Source of the DNA: Nemertoderma westbladi
Taxonomy: Eukaryota > Animalia > Xenacoelomorpha
Length of the DNA: 64,000 nt
Assembly: GCA_032718475.1 (NCBI GenBank)
Contig: JAUCBJ010003970.1
Location: 5,176-69,175, forward strand
Reading direction: 5' to 3'
Positions 14,488 to 28,013 of the stretch are shown one piece after another. Below the pieces are notes generated by a model, which did not search any database, had not been told where the DNA came from, and worked only from the letters and a program-made list of their open reading frames with translations. The first letter of the stretch is position 1. Each line of letters opens with the position of its first letter. The translations under genes and the position numbers were made by a program.

Positions 14488-15715
14488 CACATCGATAGAT
14501 TACAACTTTCCGAGTCAGTAACAGTATCTCCTCGATGCCGCTATTTTAGATTTTGGTTTATCAATCAATTAATTATAGAAACTGTTAGGGTATCAATATT
14601 GTGTTAACAGCCATGACGTATCGGGTGATGGGAAATATAATTTTTATTTGATTTATAAATTATAAATTTATAATTAAAAAGGTATTGATTTTCGTTAATT
14701 AATTATATTTGAATAAGAAAGGTTTATGAAATTTAATTTTTCGTTTATGGTCCGTCCCTTTATAAAAGGCATTGAGACACCGCAGCCGCAGTAAAATCTG
14801 ATGTAAAATAATCTATATTATATTGTGTTTGTTTGCAACACTTTCACACCTCGTTAGTGTAATGTATGTAATATGTTAGTAGTTGTGTTGGTGATTTATA
14901 AATAAATTAGTAAATCAATGACCCGCACTCTCCAATCAAGAGAATAATTAATTAAACGCCTTTGTTTTTCTATTACAGTTATTTACTATTAGTTTATAGG
15001 ATTAATATAATAATAATTTTTGTGATATGTAATTATTAATTAATTACCCTATGATCTTTATTATTATGATTAGAGGATTATGGTTATACATATATATTAT
15101 GTACCACCTTGCGATATGCTGCATTCCCATTAGATAATAGTTAATTAATAATATTACGAATAAATATCTTTATAGGTACAAATGACTTTGTTTTTCTATT
15201 GTGCGCCGTGGTTGTAGGCCGGCAAAGACCGACTTAGACCGGCAAAAGTCTAACAAAAACTTTAAATGTTCATATCTTTTGATTGCGTGAACGATTTTGG
15301 GCTTGTTTTGTAGCTCTTGATAAACCCCAGAACATATTTATTTATAACAATTTACAATAATTAATCGTATTTTCATTTGTATTTTTACTGTTTATAGTAG
15401 ATCCAGTGTAGATCTTGGGTGCAACTTTAAGCGTATAGGTTTTTAGTACGCAGCTCCATAGATACCCAAGGCTTGACGACATGTTTTAGTTTTTATATGT
15501 TTGAAGAGACAATATGAAAATTAGGTACAGGACATAAACACGACTTAAATACATATTGATTTCGTCACTGTAAACACGAGGTTTGTAAATAAGGTTTGGG
15601 TTTTCTCAAAAAATAATACCGAACTTTGAAGGTTCATTCACTATTACTGGTAAATTAGGTCTTGAGGCACAATTACGAGCGCATTTTGAAGATAATTTTA
15701 TGTGCTTTCTGTATA

Positions 15716-16201
15716 AGCACTCCGCACCACAGCTTCCAGCACTCCGCACCACAGCTTCCAGCACTCCGCACCACAGCTTCCAGCACTCCGCACCACAGCT
15801 TCCAGCACTCCGCACCACAGCTTCCAGCACTCCGCACCACAGCTTCCAGCACTCCGCACCACAGCTTCCAGCACTCCGCACCACAGCTTCCAGCACTCCG
15901 CTCCACAGCTTCCAGCACTCCGCACCACAGCTTCCAGCACTCCGCACCACAGCTTCCAGCACTCCGCACCACAGCTTCCAGCACTCCGCACCACAGTTTC
16001 CAGCACTCCGCACCACAGCTTCCAGCACTCCGCACCACAGCTTCCAGCACTCCGCACCACAGCTTCCAGCACTCCGTACCACAGCTTCCAGCACTCCGCA
16101 CCACAGCTTCCAGCACTCCGCACCACAGCTTCCAGCACTCCGCACCACAGCTTCCAGCACTCCGCACCACAGCTTCCAGCACTCCGCACCACAGCTTCCA
16201 G
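15716..16201. repeat. 22-bp minisatellite (AGCACTCCGCACCACAGCTTCC), about 22 near-perfect copies
   Basis: Direct tandem repetition; explains the 22-aa periodic ORFs in several frames. Confidence 0.97.
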
Positions 16202-17752
16202 TAGAAACCTCGAGCTTTATAGAGGTGGTCAATCTGAGTGATCTCCTTGTTGTGAAATACCTCACTGACGTATTTGACAGAAGGAAAGATGACAGAGGTC
16301 CAAAGGAAGTCCGCTGAGACCGCTGAGACTTTGGAAGCAAGGCGCATACATCTGGCAACATCCTTTTTATAAAGGTGTCTATGATGTACCGAAGGTTTAT
16401 TTGTAGTAGTAAAAGTCACTGCCAAGTACTCTAAACTGTTTACAAATTCCCCGGGGGGGGTACCCATATAGTAGAGTTTGTCTAAATTGTCCGCCACGTC
16501 TAAATTTAACCGCCTTTGTTTTCGAGAGTTAAAAAAGTTCGAATTCGAGTGTTAACTTTGCAGTATTCCTCGAGTGCATCGAGCAAGTTTGCTTCCACCA
16601 CAATTATCCTAAATGCTGTCGATAACGCCCCTTCAACAGTCGTAGGAGAGGCGCAGCACAGATGGTCTTCAACGGTTTCCATCATAAGGTCTATCTGGAA
16701 CCCATAAATATTGGCGCCCTACCTCATTCTGTATTTGCTGGATATGCCAGGAACCAGCCACAAATAAAGAATACACAAAAGGCTGCTCTTTCTGTTCCGA
16801 TCTTAGCTAGCTTTACTTTTAATATGCCTCAGAGTACCTGATGAATAAATTTTAACAGCTTTTTAACCCCCAATAACTTTTAATTAAAGCTTATTTTATT
16901 TAAATTAATTTAATTAACATTAAATATTATGTTTGGTGCCAAATTTTATCATACCCATGGTGGTCATTAAATCGAATATTCAATATAACCACGTTGATGT
17001 GACCATATCATCTCCTATGGCGAAGCTATTGCCAAGAATGTAACGCCAACTCAGAAAAACAACGGAAAAATGTAGATCGTTAACTCAATTTTCGTGGTGC
17101 TATAAAATTGGTAACGTTGACGTGTTTAAATTGAGTCACCACTATTTTAAATACTTATAAGGTTCTCAACCATAAAATAAATCTAATTCGATATTTAATC
17201 GACTGTTTGTTCCATGTCGAGCCTAAAATCAGACGACTTTGGACAGGTTTGTAGACCGTGGGACATGTCGACTTCGGGAAAACTCACAGCAACATCGCCC
17301 AAGATCTACAACATTTATATCCAAAGTCTAAAATTGAGTTCTTGTTCGGAATACGTTTTATTCAAAGTCTACAATAACATGACATTTTCACATGACTTTT
17401 CAAGCTCTACAAAACGATTGCATCCTTTTGGGGGTAATTTTAAATTTTGTTATTGTGCATACGTGCACTGCTGGCTAACTACAGTGTTGATAGCGGTGCG
17501 TAGTAATACCAAAAATCATATATGAATTATGAAAAACTAAATTAATTTTAATATAACTTTATCTTGCTAATATTTTGGCAGTGTGATATAAAGTGATAAA
17601 AAGATGACAAAAACACGTTTCGTGGAATTAAAACTTGAATTTAAACTTGCAATCCCGATCCCATAAATTGGGATCGCGAGAGTGGTAACTGATAATCCCG
17701 ATCGCGATCCCGGAGATCCGAAAAACTCTGGTCCCGTTTAAACACTAATATA

Positions 17753-18733
17753 TTAGTGTGTAAAAGGGATTGTTCAGAAGTAGAAAAATGAAAAAGTGCG
17801 TCACCGGGGGTTGACGCACTTTCTCATTTTTCTACTTCTGAACAAAGCCATAATATTACACCTTTAATTACAGTTGCAACAGCTCATTTCCAATTTATTT
17901 GTTTAAAAGGGATCCCGATCCCACAAACCCATAATATTTCACCTTTAATTACAGTTGCAACAGCTCATTTCCAATTTATTTGTTTAAAAGGGATCCCGAT
18001 CCCACAAACCCATAATATTTCACCTTTAATTACAGTTGCAACAGCTCATTTCCAATTTATTTGTTTAAAAGGGATCCCGATCCCACAAACCCATAATATT
18101 TCACCTTTAATTACAGTTGCAACAGCTCATTTCCAATTTATTTGTTTAAAAGGGATCCCGATCCCACAAACCCATAATATTTCACCTTTAATTACAGTTG
18201 CAACAGCTCATTTCCAATTTATTTGTTTAAAAGGGGATCCCGATCCCACAAACCCATAATATTTCACCTTTAATTACAGTTGCAACAGCTCATTTCCAAT
18301 TTATTTGTTTAAAAGGGGATCCCGATCCCGATCCCTAAAAACCGGGATTCCGGCAAAAAATGCAATCCCGGTCCCGATCCCGACCTTTTTGTACCGGGAT
18401 CCCGAAGTATAGGCCTATACAGTTAAGTAAATTTGTTAAATATTCGTATAAATAGTTCCAGCAAAACGGAAATGTTTTGATTATATCGGATTTTTATTTC
18501 TGTAAACCATCCAGTAATCAATTGTAAAATAATTTTAATAATAATTTTATCTTATTAATATTTCAGAAGTGTAAGATAAAGTGATTGTTGCCCAAAACCC
18601 GCGATATATACTATTATCGATAAGGAATTTAATTCAAAATTGCAATCCCGATCCCGAAAAACGGGATCCCGAGAGTGATAATCCCGGTCCCGATCTCAGA
18701 AATCCCGAAAAGTCTGATCCCGTTTAAAACACT
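17753..18733. mobile_element. Non-autonomous TIR element (TAGTG...CACTA ends, GGGATCCCG subterminal motifs) containing a foreign insert and an 81-bp tandem array
   Basis: Ends TAGTGTGTAAAAGGGAT / ATCCCGTTTAAAACACTA, flanked by ATATAT. A second right end of the same family lies directly upstream (~17590-17746 matches ~18570-18733). Confidence 0.6.
17850..18330. repeat. 81-bp tandem repeat, ~6 copies
   Basis: CCCGATCCCACAAACCCATAATATTTCACC recurs at 17914, 17995, 18076, 18157 and 18239. Confidence 0.95.
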
Positions 18734-20742
18734 AATATATATACAGACGATATGTAAACGTTAAAGAAAATATAGTAAGGATCAAGAGGGGGAACCAATT
18801 TTAACTAAAATAGATACAATCGCTAAAAAAAATTAAATTTACAACGATGTTTCTCGTGTTGGGTTTGTTTCGAGGATCACATCAATACAAAGCCAGAACT
18901 GATCTCGCTGCTGGACTTGTTGCTGGCCAAATAATGCTTTTGGATTTATTTCGCAGAAAACTATACTATATAAACTTAGTCGATGAAATACACACGGCGC
19001 GCTTTTTGTTTTAAGAATGTCGCCTGAAATGTTTGTTTGTATTTTTTCAATCTATAATTAATCTATAACTTTTTCCCGGTGAAATTATTCCATTTTATTA
19101 TATGTGTTGAAAGAGCTTCGAAGTAGAAAATGTTTGCACGTAATTTGAGCAAAATTCAATGACGCACTCAAAAGTGTCACTTTGGTGTCTGTTGGGCGTA
19201 TTCCAAAACAGAACTCAATTAATATCCAATATTGGTTTGTAGTTGAGCTGCTCTATACTTAAATTAATTAATATTTGCAGAACATTAATTATTTAACATT
19301 GAGAAAGACAGCATCAGGAGTTGAAGAGTACAATAATTTTAATCGCTTTGATTACTAAATTACTGTAGTCGTTCAATTTATTTTGTAACAGTACAAGAAA
19401 GTACAAATTTAAGAATAAACTTCCGTATTACATGGGAAATATACGTTGGACATTATTTCCCAAGTGATAAATAATAATTTTAAATTTATAATTTTTGAAT
19501 CGATAGTATATCCAAAGTCTACATCAAAATGTAGACTTTGGAATTTTATATCACGTTCTACGTGAAAATTTGTAGGTAGACTTTTGTAGATTTGTAGACT
19601 AGTTTTAGCTCAATAACTTTCCTCAACCTGAATCAACCTTATGTTTTATTACCAGATTTGTTTTCAGCACATAAAAAACTATCGAATGATATAAGATACT
19701 TGCCTATTTGACCAACTTTGAAATTTCGCATAAAAATTGCGCTTTTTGCCACTTAAAGTGACAGTGACCTGTAAGCATAGCTTCCAAGTTGCAATATTTT
19801 CCATATATATTTCATTTTTCGCAAAATTTATACATTCATATCAACTATCAACATCACTAATTCATATCAACATAGAAGAAACAGCGGAGGAGAATGCTAC
19901 GATTGGCACTTCACCCGTCTCTACTACTTGTGAGGCTGTAATTAATTGTACAGCTAATAATATATTGTTTATTATATTTGTTTTACAATTACACTTTAGC
20001 TCATTAACCTCTTGTAACCTCTCGTTTTACCAATGCATTTATATCGGTCATTACTTGATATTTGTTTTCGAGAAATAATTAAACTATATAATTATTTATT
20101 TCATTTTCTGTGTTCATTAATCATAAATAGACTCTAAGATGCTATTATTTTATATCAAATAATACAATAAGATTTTAAAAAATAGTTATTACAGCGGAAT
20201 TGTAAATTTAAGAAGGTGAAATAAATAAGTAATCGCTGACGTATAAGCCTACACAGTACCGGTACACAATTAAAAGTATATACTGTAAATGATGTAAATA
20301 TTATACAAGATCGCAAGAGCTCTCAATATTATAATTAAATTAATAATCAAAGTACAACCAACATTACGTATTTAAATTAATTATTGACTGACTCATTCGT
20401 AATACCCACAGACTATATGAATTGAAAAGTGAAACTCAATTTCAATGACCAGCAAAGCCATGGATCTACTCATTGGACAGTCATTATTTCTATCATATTA
20501 CCCAGGTAGCTAATCGATTAGCTATATGAGTGTATTTGAGGGGCGAGCCACGTGAGCGTCCGCGGTATAATTAGTGGACCTTCTGTCTTCGTCGTTTGAA
20601 CACTGATAATTCGGTCAATCTTTGATGAATTATACACATAGACAGACTTCTATGGTTCCTTAACCTGCCGGTAGAGGGCGATTGACTAGGTCCACTAACT
20701 GTACGTAAAGACTCATCTCGACTTACGTTCGCGCGATGCACC

Positions 20743-21018
20743 GCCCATGTGAAGAATACAAGGATTTCACTTTTCGGTCGACTTTTTATTGGAATTTTAT
20801 ATATGAAGATTTTTTATTTTTTTTATTTATCTTTATTAAGTGTTTTATAGCGCTTATTTCTGTCTTATAACCTGTACATATACTAATTCGTTTATTGTTT
20901 TGGTTAGATTCAGCTCTTCTGTAACATGTGGTTTCAGTGAAAACCTGGTATTCTTCACATGGGGGTAACTGCAAAGTGAAATATAACGGCAGAAAGTCTG
21001 TTATTCTTCACATGGGCC
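20743..21018. mobile_element. MITE family B copy 1 (~280 bp)
   Basis: TIRs GCCCATGTGAAGAATA / TATTCTTCACATGGGC; near-identical second copy at 42696-42982. Confidence 0.8.
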
Positions 21019-23660
21019 CGATGCACCATACCCACTTACGTGTATTGTATTGTTTATTTTGAACATAATTTCGTAAACGATGTATAATAATAAATAATAA
21101 TAATAAACAACATGAATAATGTAAAAAAACCCGCGGAGAAACTCGTTGAGCGGACCAAAATATGAATTTATAATATAATTCAGCAAAAGTTTTTAGAAAT
21201 GTACTGAAGATTACGAGAGTAAAAGTAATATTAATTGAAACTATGATGCATTGCCTAGTAATAGTTATATGATTGTAAAGAAACTAATATAAAAACCAAA
21301 AAAAAAAAAACCGAAACGATAATTTTATTGCAAACTCCAAAATACATATAAATGGGTTGGATTGCGTTTACACTTCCGGTATCCCATATGTGTGTTGTAT
21401 ATTTGTTTTTAAGGGATGTAAAATGTGTGTTTTCCATTTTTGAAACAGTTTATGATCAATAAGGGGTAGACTGTTGATGGTTGATAATCAACTGATATAC
21501 TAGGCTACTGTACGTTGTTTTCTCAACTGATGAAATGTGTAAGCTACAAACCGTGCTGGAAATCTTTAAAAAATGTCGGTGTTTCACATACGACAATTGT
21601 TTTTTTTTTTTTATCTATATACTGTAGTAGGGTAGGTATGGTAGCCTATAGTGTTGTCATAAGGTGGGTCTCAGCGCCATCTAGTAAGGAATAAACGCAT
21701 TATGTTGTAAGAATTTATTTCTTATTCTTTCTGCTTTTTATTTACATCGTCGTTGCCATGGTCCTCTGTGGGGGGGGGGGGGGGGGGGGGGGGGGGGTCG
21801 GTTGCTCGTTTTTTTTTATTACTTATTATAATAAATAGCGTTCACACATACTCTAACTGTACCATAGTGCAGGAAACACCGCCTTCTCAAAGTATTCAGT
21901 AATTAAAGTCATGAACTGCAAACTTGTGACGTCGAAATACAATAATGTAGATTTCGTTTAAAGAAACATCCTTTCTAAAATTAAAACTATTACGGTTAAA
22001 AATTGCAATAGTATTATTATACCTACATATAAATTAATAGCTCAAATAATTAGAGCTGCACCAATTTAAAGCAAGTGGTTTATAGCAATAAATTACAATC
22101 CCTAATCATCTCTAAACAAAGTTTACCCAGTGAAATGTAGCCCTACATAAACCTTTGTTTTAATACGTAAGTAAACTAGGGCCTATCTATATACACGTCG
22201 GAATAAAGTATAAAATTAAAAATAAATGAATAGAAAATTTATACTGTTCGGACGAATGGTCATAATGCTTAAAACTGTCATTGGAATAATTAGCTAAAAA
22301 AAATATATATTTCTAAAAAATAAAATGGTGAGATTATTAAAAGGTCACTAATAGTTGAGTCAATATAGCAAAAAACCCATAAGCAAAAAACCCATAAGCA
22401 AAAAACACATATTTTGGATTCTACATATGCCTTGTAAATGTCCAAAAAAGTATATAAAATTTTATTTTGCGGATCATATGTTTAATTTTTGTTTATTTAT
22501 GGAAATTCAGCGTAAATTTGCATAACACAAGCAAATTTCAGGAACAGTATAAGGGAAAGAGTAAGCAACAAGCTGTGATTTAATGGGAAATTAGTAATAT
22601 TTACACTGGCGTGTTACACATTAATTGCTTTTAATTGCTAGTTTAGGCCCGTTTTCGCGTTTTTTTTTATGTGCGGTATTCTGAGCTTTTTTTGAGCTTT
22701 TTTTCAATCTTGTTTTGTTACGCCTTTTCTAACGTTCAGTTAAAATGAAGATTTAATATGAATGTTCTAGAATTAGATAATTATGATATTCGACCCATTT
22801 TATGAGCTGTTTTTCAAGCTTTTTTTGGATATATATTCTATATTTTAGGTTTTAACATTCCAAAATTCTCAGATTCATCTTAAAGCAATTAATTTCTAGA
22901 AATTGTTTTAACTAAAAAAAAAGCTTGAAATGAAGCTTATAAAAAAGTAGCGCGGGAAGGGGCCTTATCAAGAAGTCGTATCGAATTTTTAAATAGGGGC
23001 CTATTGAATATGAAAAGTTACTGATATATTAAGTTAACTGATGCAAAAAAAATTATATAATTGCGTGGAATGTAATAATTTCCATTAATGTTAGCCAAGG
23101 TTTTTCACAATAAAATTGTGATTGCTCTATTGATTTAGGTGTAATTAATTTATTTGTTTTAGTTTAAAAATCACGATAGTTTATCATATGGAGGGGTATC
23201 TTTGGGAATAAAGGTTTTTGGGGTCGACAAATCTGATGGGCGGGGTTTCCCTGGGTTACATACCCCCTTTTTGTAAAGAAGTAGTGTTAATAAGCTTCCC
23301 GTTTTGTACCAGCCAAACTGGTAGTAAAAATCAGGTAATTATTATACAAATTTGTTCCGGAAACTAAATTGGTAACTATCTAGTAGTGCATAGTTCAGTC
23401 AATCGCTAGTCATTGGACTAAAGTTTGTCTACGCCAAGTATATATGGTGAAATCCCACCAAATAGTTGCCTTGTTGCTATGTAAAATCCATGTTGCTAAG
23501 GAAAGAAACATGATATTATAATATGTTTTTCTAGACATTTTTGGAGGAATTAACAAGGTAATTTAGAATAAAAAATTGGTTTGGTTGAATTATGAATTTG
23601 TTACGGGTTGACCCCTTTTTGGCTAGATTGACTCGCCTATCACGACGTTTGTACTATACG

Positions 23661-24121
23661 CTAATTATTTAACTTCTGAAGAAGTACCTTTGGAAATATG
23701 TTTGAATTCCAAAAATCTCTACATCGTGTCATAATATTTGATATATAATCTTTATCATATTGAATCTCCTTTATGGTAACCTGTTTATTGTCTTCGAAGT
23801 GGGGGCTTGCAATGCATAACAATCCCTTTTGTTTATGTGCAAAATGCATTTGCAGTTGGATCTGGGCGAAGGGTCGAGGACGAACTACGCCATCCTTCAT
23901 GTAACTGAGAACAGTTTCCTCCTTAGTTGGGCATTTGATCTCGACTGTATATTCTTTTAGTAAACCGTCGGGCGAGGCTCCAAATATTGGATCCTCTGGC
24001 ATCAACAGCAGCCCGCAAGGTAGAACCGCCTCTTTGTATTTCTCCCCTATAACCCGTAACACATCGGGTTCCAACCTCAAGCCTCTCCGCGTTGCCTCAT
24101 TTCCTTTGAAATTGTCCTTTC
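23661..24121 (-). CDS. YqaJ-like (lambda exonuclease family) nuclease, exon 3 (terminal; catalytic PD-(D/E)XK core)
   Basis: Acceptor TATCCGCAG at 24122, phase 1. Encodes GKDNFKGNEATRRGLRLEPDV...CGLLLMPEDPIFGASPDGLLKEYTVEIKCP...AQIQLQMHF...RDFWNSNIFPKV; the GASPDG, EIKCP and QxQxQM motifs are hallmarks of YqaJ recombinase domains. Confidence 0.9.
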
Positions 24122-24235
24122 CTGCGGATACACGATGTTGTGACAGGATGTATTGTGTATTATTTTAATTTAATTGAGAAATAAAGTAATTATTCTAAAA
24201 CAGCATTATTTTAAATATAATACCTATAGTTAGGT

Positions 24236-24475
24236 GAGACAGGGGGGGGGGGGGGGGGGGGAACTCGACGCAAAACCCACCTTGGCGAATTAATATCCCG
24301 CCTCAATGTTAAATTCTCAATTTAGGGAAAGGAGCAGGTTACAGTGGCACGTTATTTTAACCAAAACAATAAACTAAACACAATAGAACAGGTTACAGTT
24401 TTATTATTGAGAGTAATCAGCTGTTATTTGCGTCGAATTTCCCCTGGAGAGGGATGCATTTTTATTGCGTCCAGT
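24236..24475. repeat. Dispersed repeat family A copy (in YqaJ intron 2)
   Basis: Reverse-complement match to 35520-35745; the similar spurious ORFs MARYFNQNNKLNTI.. occur in both copies. Confidence 0.85.
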
Positions 24476-24752
24476 TTTTTTTGTTTTAGATGTAAAAAAA
24501 TGTCTAAAAATGCCTGGGTTTCTGAAATGTAACAGAAATGTAGATCAGCACTTCAAATGCTAAAAGTTTTATTTTAAACAGAGAAACTACCTATATCACT
24601 ACCTAACTCAGATAGGGGATCTATTAATATACGTAGTTTCTCTGTTTAAAATAAAACTTTTAGCATTTGAAGTGCTGATCAACTGTAGGCCTACTGTTAT
24701 ATTTCAGAAACCCAGGCATTTTAGACATTTTTTGGCATCTAAAACAAAAAAT
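24476..24752. mobile_element. Palindromic (foldback) MITE-like element
   Basis: ~115-bp arms (TTTTTGTTTTAGATG...AGAGAAACTAC / GTAGTTTCTCT...CATCTAAAACAAAAA) around a ~40-bp spacer. Confidence 0.7.
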
Positions 24753-24839
24753 TGTAAGTGTGGAAGTCCATATTCTGGTGACTAAATACCAGAATACGGG
24801 AAAAAAATAAAAGAGCTATATGAATGTATCTAAACTAAC

Positions 24840-25056
24840 CAAGGATTTTATCAACCAATGTTCCGTTAGAAGTTTTACATCTAGACGTCTCGTGTAACTT
24901 AGAGGCGGTGACTCTCCCGTACCGACATTGGAACCAAAGAGGACTACTACTCTGACCTTTCGTAGCCTCGCAAACAGCCTCGCAAATATCGGCTGTCATT
25001 GATGACGTCGCAAATTCAATATAACTTGCTGGCGTAAGTAAATCAACTTTTTTCTC
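24840..25056 (-). CDS. YqaJ-like nuclease, exon 2
   Basis: Acceptor TATACAG, donor GTTAGT; 217 nt, phase 0 to 1. Encodes EKKVDLLTPASYIEFATSSMTADICEAVCEATKGQSSSPLWFQCRYGRVTASKLHETSRCKTSNGTLVDKIL, containing the YqaJ N-terminal TxGQ-S-xW-R-GRxTAS motif; splices in frame to exon 3. Confidence 0.9.
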
Positions 25057-25177
25057 CTGTATAATGACAATAAACTCATTGAACTCAGTGTGTCTGGTGT
25101 ATCCGTACTACTGTGGTTCCTTAACATATAAGATGTAGGCCATACCCCGATATAATGTTAGTAATGTAATATGAGAA

Positions 25178-25770
25178 TACATTACTTACAACACTACAGT
25201 ACATTACTAACAACACTACATTACTAACAACACTACATTACTAACAACACTACATTACTAACAACACTACATTACTAACAACATTACATTACTAACAACA
25301 TTACATTTCTAACAACACTACATTACTAACAACACTACATTACTAACAACACTACATTACTAACAACACTACATTACTAACAACACTACATTACTAACAA
25401 CACTACATTACTAGCAACACTACATTACTAACAACACTACATTACTAACAACACTACATTACTAACAACACTACATTACTAACAACACTACATTACTAAC
25501 AACACTACATTACTAACAACACTACATTACTAGCAACACTACATTACTAACAACACTACATTACTAACAACACTACAATACTAACAACACTAGATTACTA
25601 ACATAACTACATTACTAACAACACTACATTACTAACAACACTACATTACTAGCAACACTACATTACTAACAACACTACATTACTAACAACACTACATTAC
25701 TAACAACACTACATTACTAACAACACTACATTACTAACAACACTACATTACTAACAACACTACATTACTA
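25178..25770. repeat. 17-bp minisatellite (ACATTACTAACAACACT)
   Basis: Direct tandem repetition in YqaJ intron 1. Confidence 0.96.
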
Positions 25771-25771
25771 A

Positions 25772-26006
25772 AGGCCATGATACACCACAGGAGCGGCGAG
25801 CGGCAGCGGCGAGCGGCCGCGGCAAGCGGCCACTTTTTAAAAATAGAACACATTATTTTCTATGGGTGATGATACACCACAAATGGCCGCTGCCGCTCGC
25901 CGCTCCTCTGGTGTTTCATAACTAAAGTCGCCGCTCACATCACATCGGCCGCTCGCCGCGGCCGCCCGTCGCTGCCGCTCGCCGCTCCTGTGGTGTATCA
26001 TGGCCT
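25772..26006. mobile_element. PIF/Harbinger-like MITE
   Basis: Long near-perfect TIRs AGGCCATGATACACCACAGGAGCGGCGAGCGGCAGCG / reverse complement; flanked on both sides by TAA. Confidence 0.8.
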
Positions 26007-26981
26007 TAACACTAATTAGCTAACAAGTTGTTGTTCAACTTAGATCAGATGCTTGGAAATTTGTTTAAACTGGATAACATGCGTTACAACTAAGAATCCA
26101 CTATTCTGCACTAATGCACTACACAAAATTTAAATGCACTATTAGCTTTAACAGTACCCTACAATAAATAATTAGAACTCCGGGTGGGATGAAGAGAAGA
26201 CCCCGCAATGCCCGCCAGGTATCGCTTCTGTATCAGTCCTTGTTACATATTTCAATATAGCCCGTACAGAAGGTAAGGTTGCTTTTATTTATTTTGTTGT
26301 TCTGGATTTATCTCAAGTTAGCTCACAATTTAGACTGGGTTCGATCCTGGTCTGGTTTTGTGACTTTTTTTCTTAAAGTTTAGGAAGTTTCGTTTACAGC
26401 CCGCTTGCTGGCTTTTCTTCTTAGGTCAGGGATACTTGACCCAAGGTGGGACATGACAGAACCACATTAATGTTTTTATTACTACGCAATTTACATTAAT
26501 CACTAAGTCTACTACAGTAAGGGCAAATATTTATTTAAAGTATATACAGTAGGTTTCCTGAACTATTCCGGAAATACTGTAGTAATACTGTAAATAATAC
26601 CAACGCCTTGTTAAGTGTTCCCTCCCCTCCAGTGTAGTTTGAAGCTTCAAATTAGAATTTAAAGATATTTAAATTTTTCAACAATTTTACTTATCCGCAA
26701 GACTCATTCATATAATTAATTACACTAAGGTTCAATTAGTGATATTGACTGATTGAAGTCAAGTACCGGCTGACCGGTATTTATTGCAAATTGAATTCCT
26801 AATCGGTAATGGTCCGGTCAGCCGGTTGTACCTTATCAAATTAATTTCTCGAAAACTTTTCGAAATTTACTGTAGGGCCTATTATATTTTCAATTAATTT
26901 GCCCTATGGGATTGAAGTACAATTTGTATAATTTGTTAAATAAATAAATAATTCTGTAGGCTTATTAAAATAAAGTCTAAC

Positions 26982-27167
26982 CTTATTCTTGTTACAATAA
27001 TTTTTAATCAGGGTATCAATTTTCACAAATTCAGAAGCATCTTCTAGTTCTCCTTTAATAAGTAGTTTTCCAAACTTTTCTATAAGATTGTCAGGGTCTT
27101 CATTGTCGCCTCCCGCTCCCGGGGTTTTGGAATCACTTGTAGTTGCGTGAAGAGGAAGCGATGCCAT
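26982..27167 (-). CDS. YqaJ-like nuclease, probable exon 1
   Basis: ATG (ACAATGG) preceded by an in-frame stop; 62 codons MASLPLH...NYCNKNK ending at AAG|GTTAGA, phase 0, matching exon 2. Joined CDS is 864 nt (287 aa). No motif support for this exon itself. Confidence 0.7.
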
Positions 27168-28013
27168 TGTTATGTAATCAAATGAAACGCAATATTATTC
27201 TGAACGGTACATATAAATTGGTAAATTAGTTTGGATTGGAGAATCGGTTTGTCGTTTTTAAATCTTTCTGCGTCTACTTAAGCAGTGGAAAGCTCCTTTA
27301 AGGGTAGACGGAGAACAATGTTTCCTTTGTGGATACGGAAGTTTTCTGCTGAATACCTTATTCATAAATCATAACTACAGACAGATTGAAGTGAAGAATT
27401 CGTCAAGTCCTCGATATGCAGAGAAAGGAGCAGGTTACATTGGTATAATAATTTCGTCTTTTTCGTATTTTCAGGTTTTATAACCGCAATAATTTTTCTT
27501 GTCCGTTTAAATCCTTTTTTTGTCCTTTTTTTTTACTTTTATGTCCTCCAAAAATCTACCGTTAGGTTCCTTGCTACCGGTTTCTCTACTGCTGTTCTCT
27601 TAGGCTATAAGTACCGGTATTAGTATATAGAGCACTATTTTGCAGTATTGCATTGTATGTAGGTATAAAGCATATGCCTTAGAAATAATTATACTGTCTG
27701 ACTGTATTATACCACATTACAGCATTAGGTACTGACTCACTGATACTGTAATATGTACAGTTGTAAATATGATAGGCCTAATTGAGCTGAATTGTGATAA
27801 GTCCATACTATAGGCTTAAGTCGTTTTGTTTTATTCACTGTTCAACTTTCTCCTGTTTTATTATGTGCAGTTTTGTTTATACGCTTCTATGACAGCGGGT
27901 CTCCACCCACATAATATAATAATAATAATGATAAAGGTAATTTATTAATTACGGTAATTTCAGAATTTTAGTATCGGTACCGGATTTACATAGTTTATTG
28001 TTATGTTCATGAT

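Noticed and set aside
13357-14490. Antisense and alternate-frame ORFs over UPB1
   Set aside because: Shadow ORFs of a GC-rich CDS.
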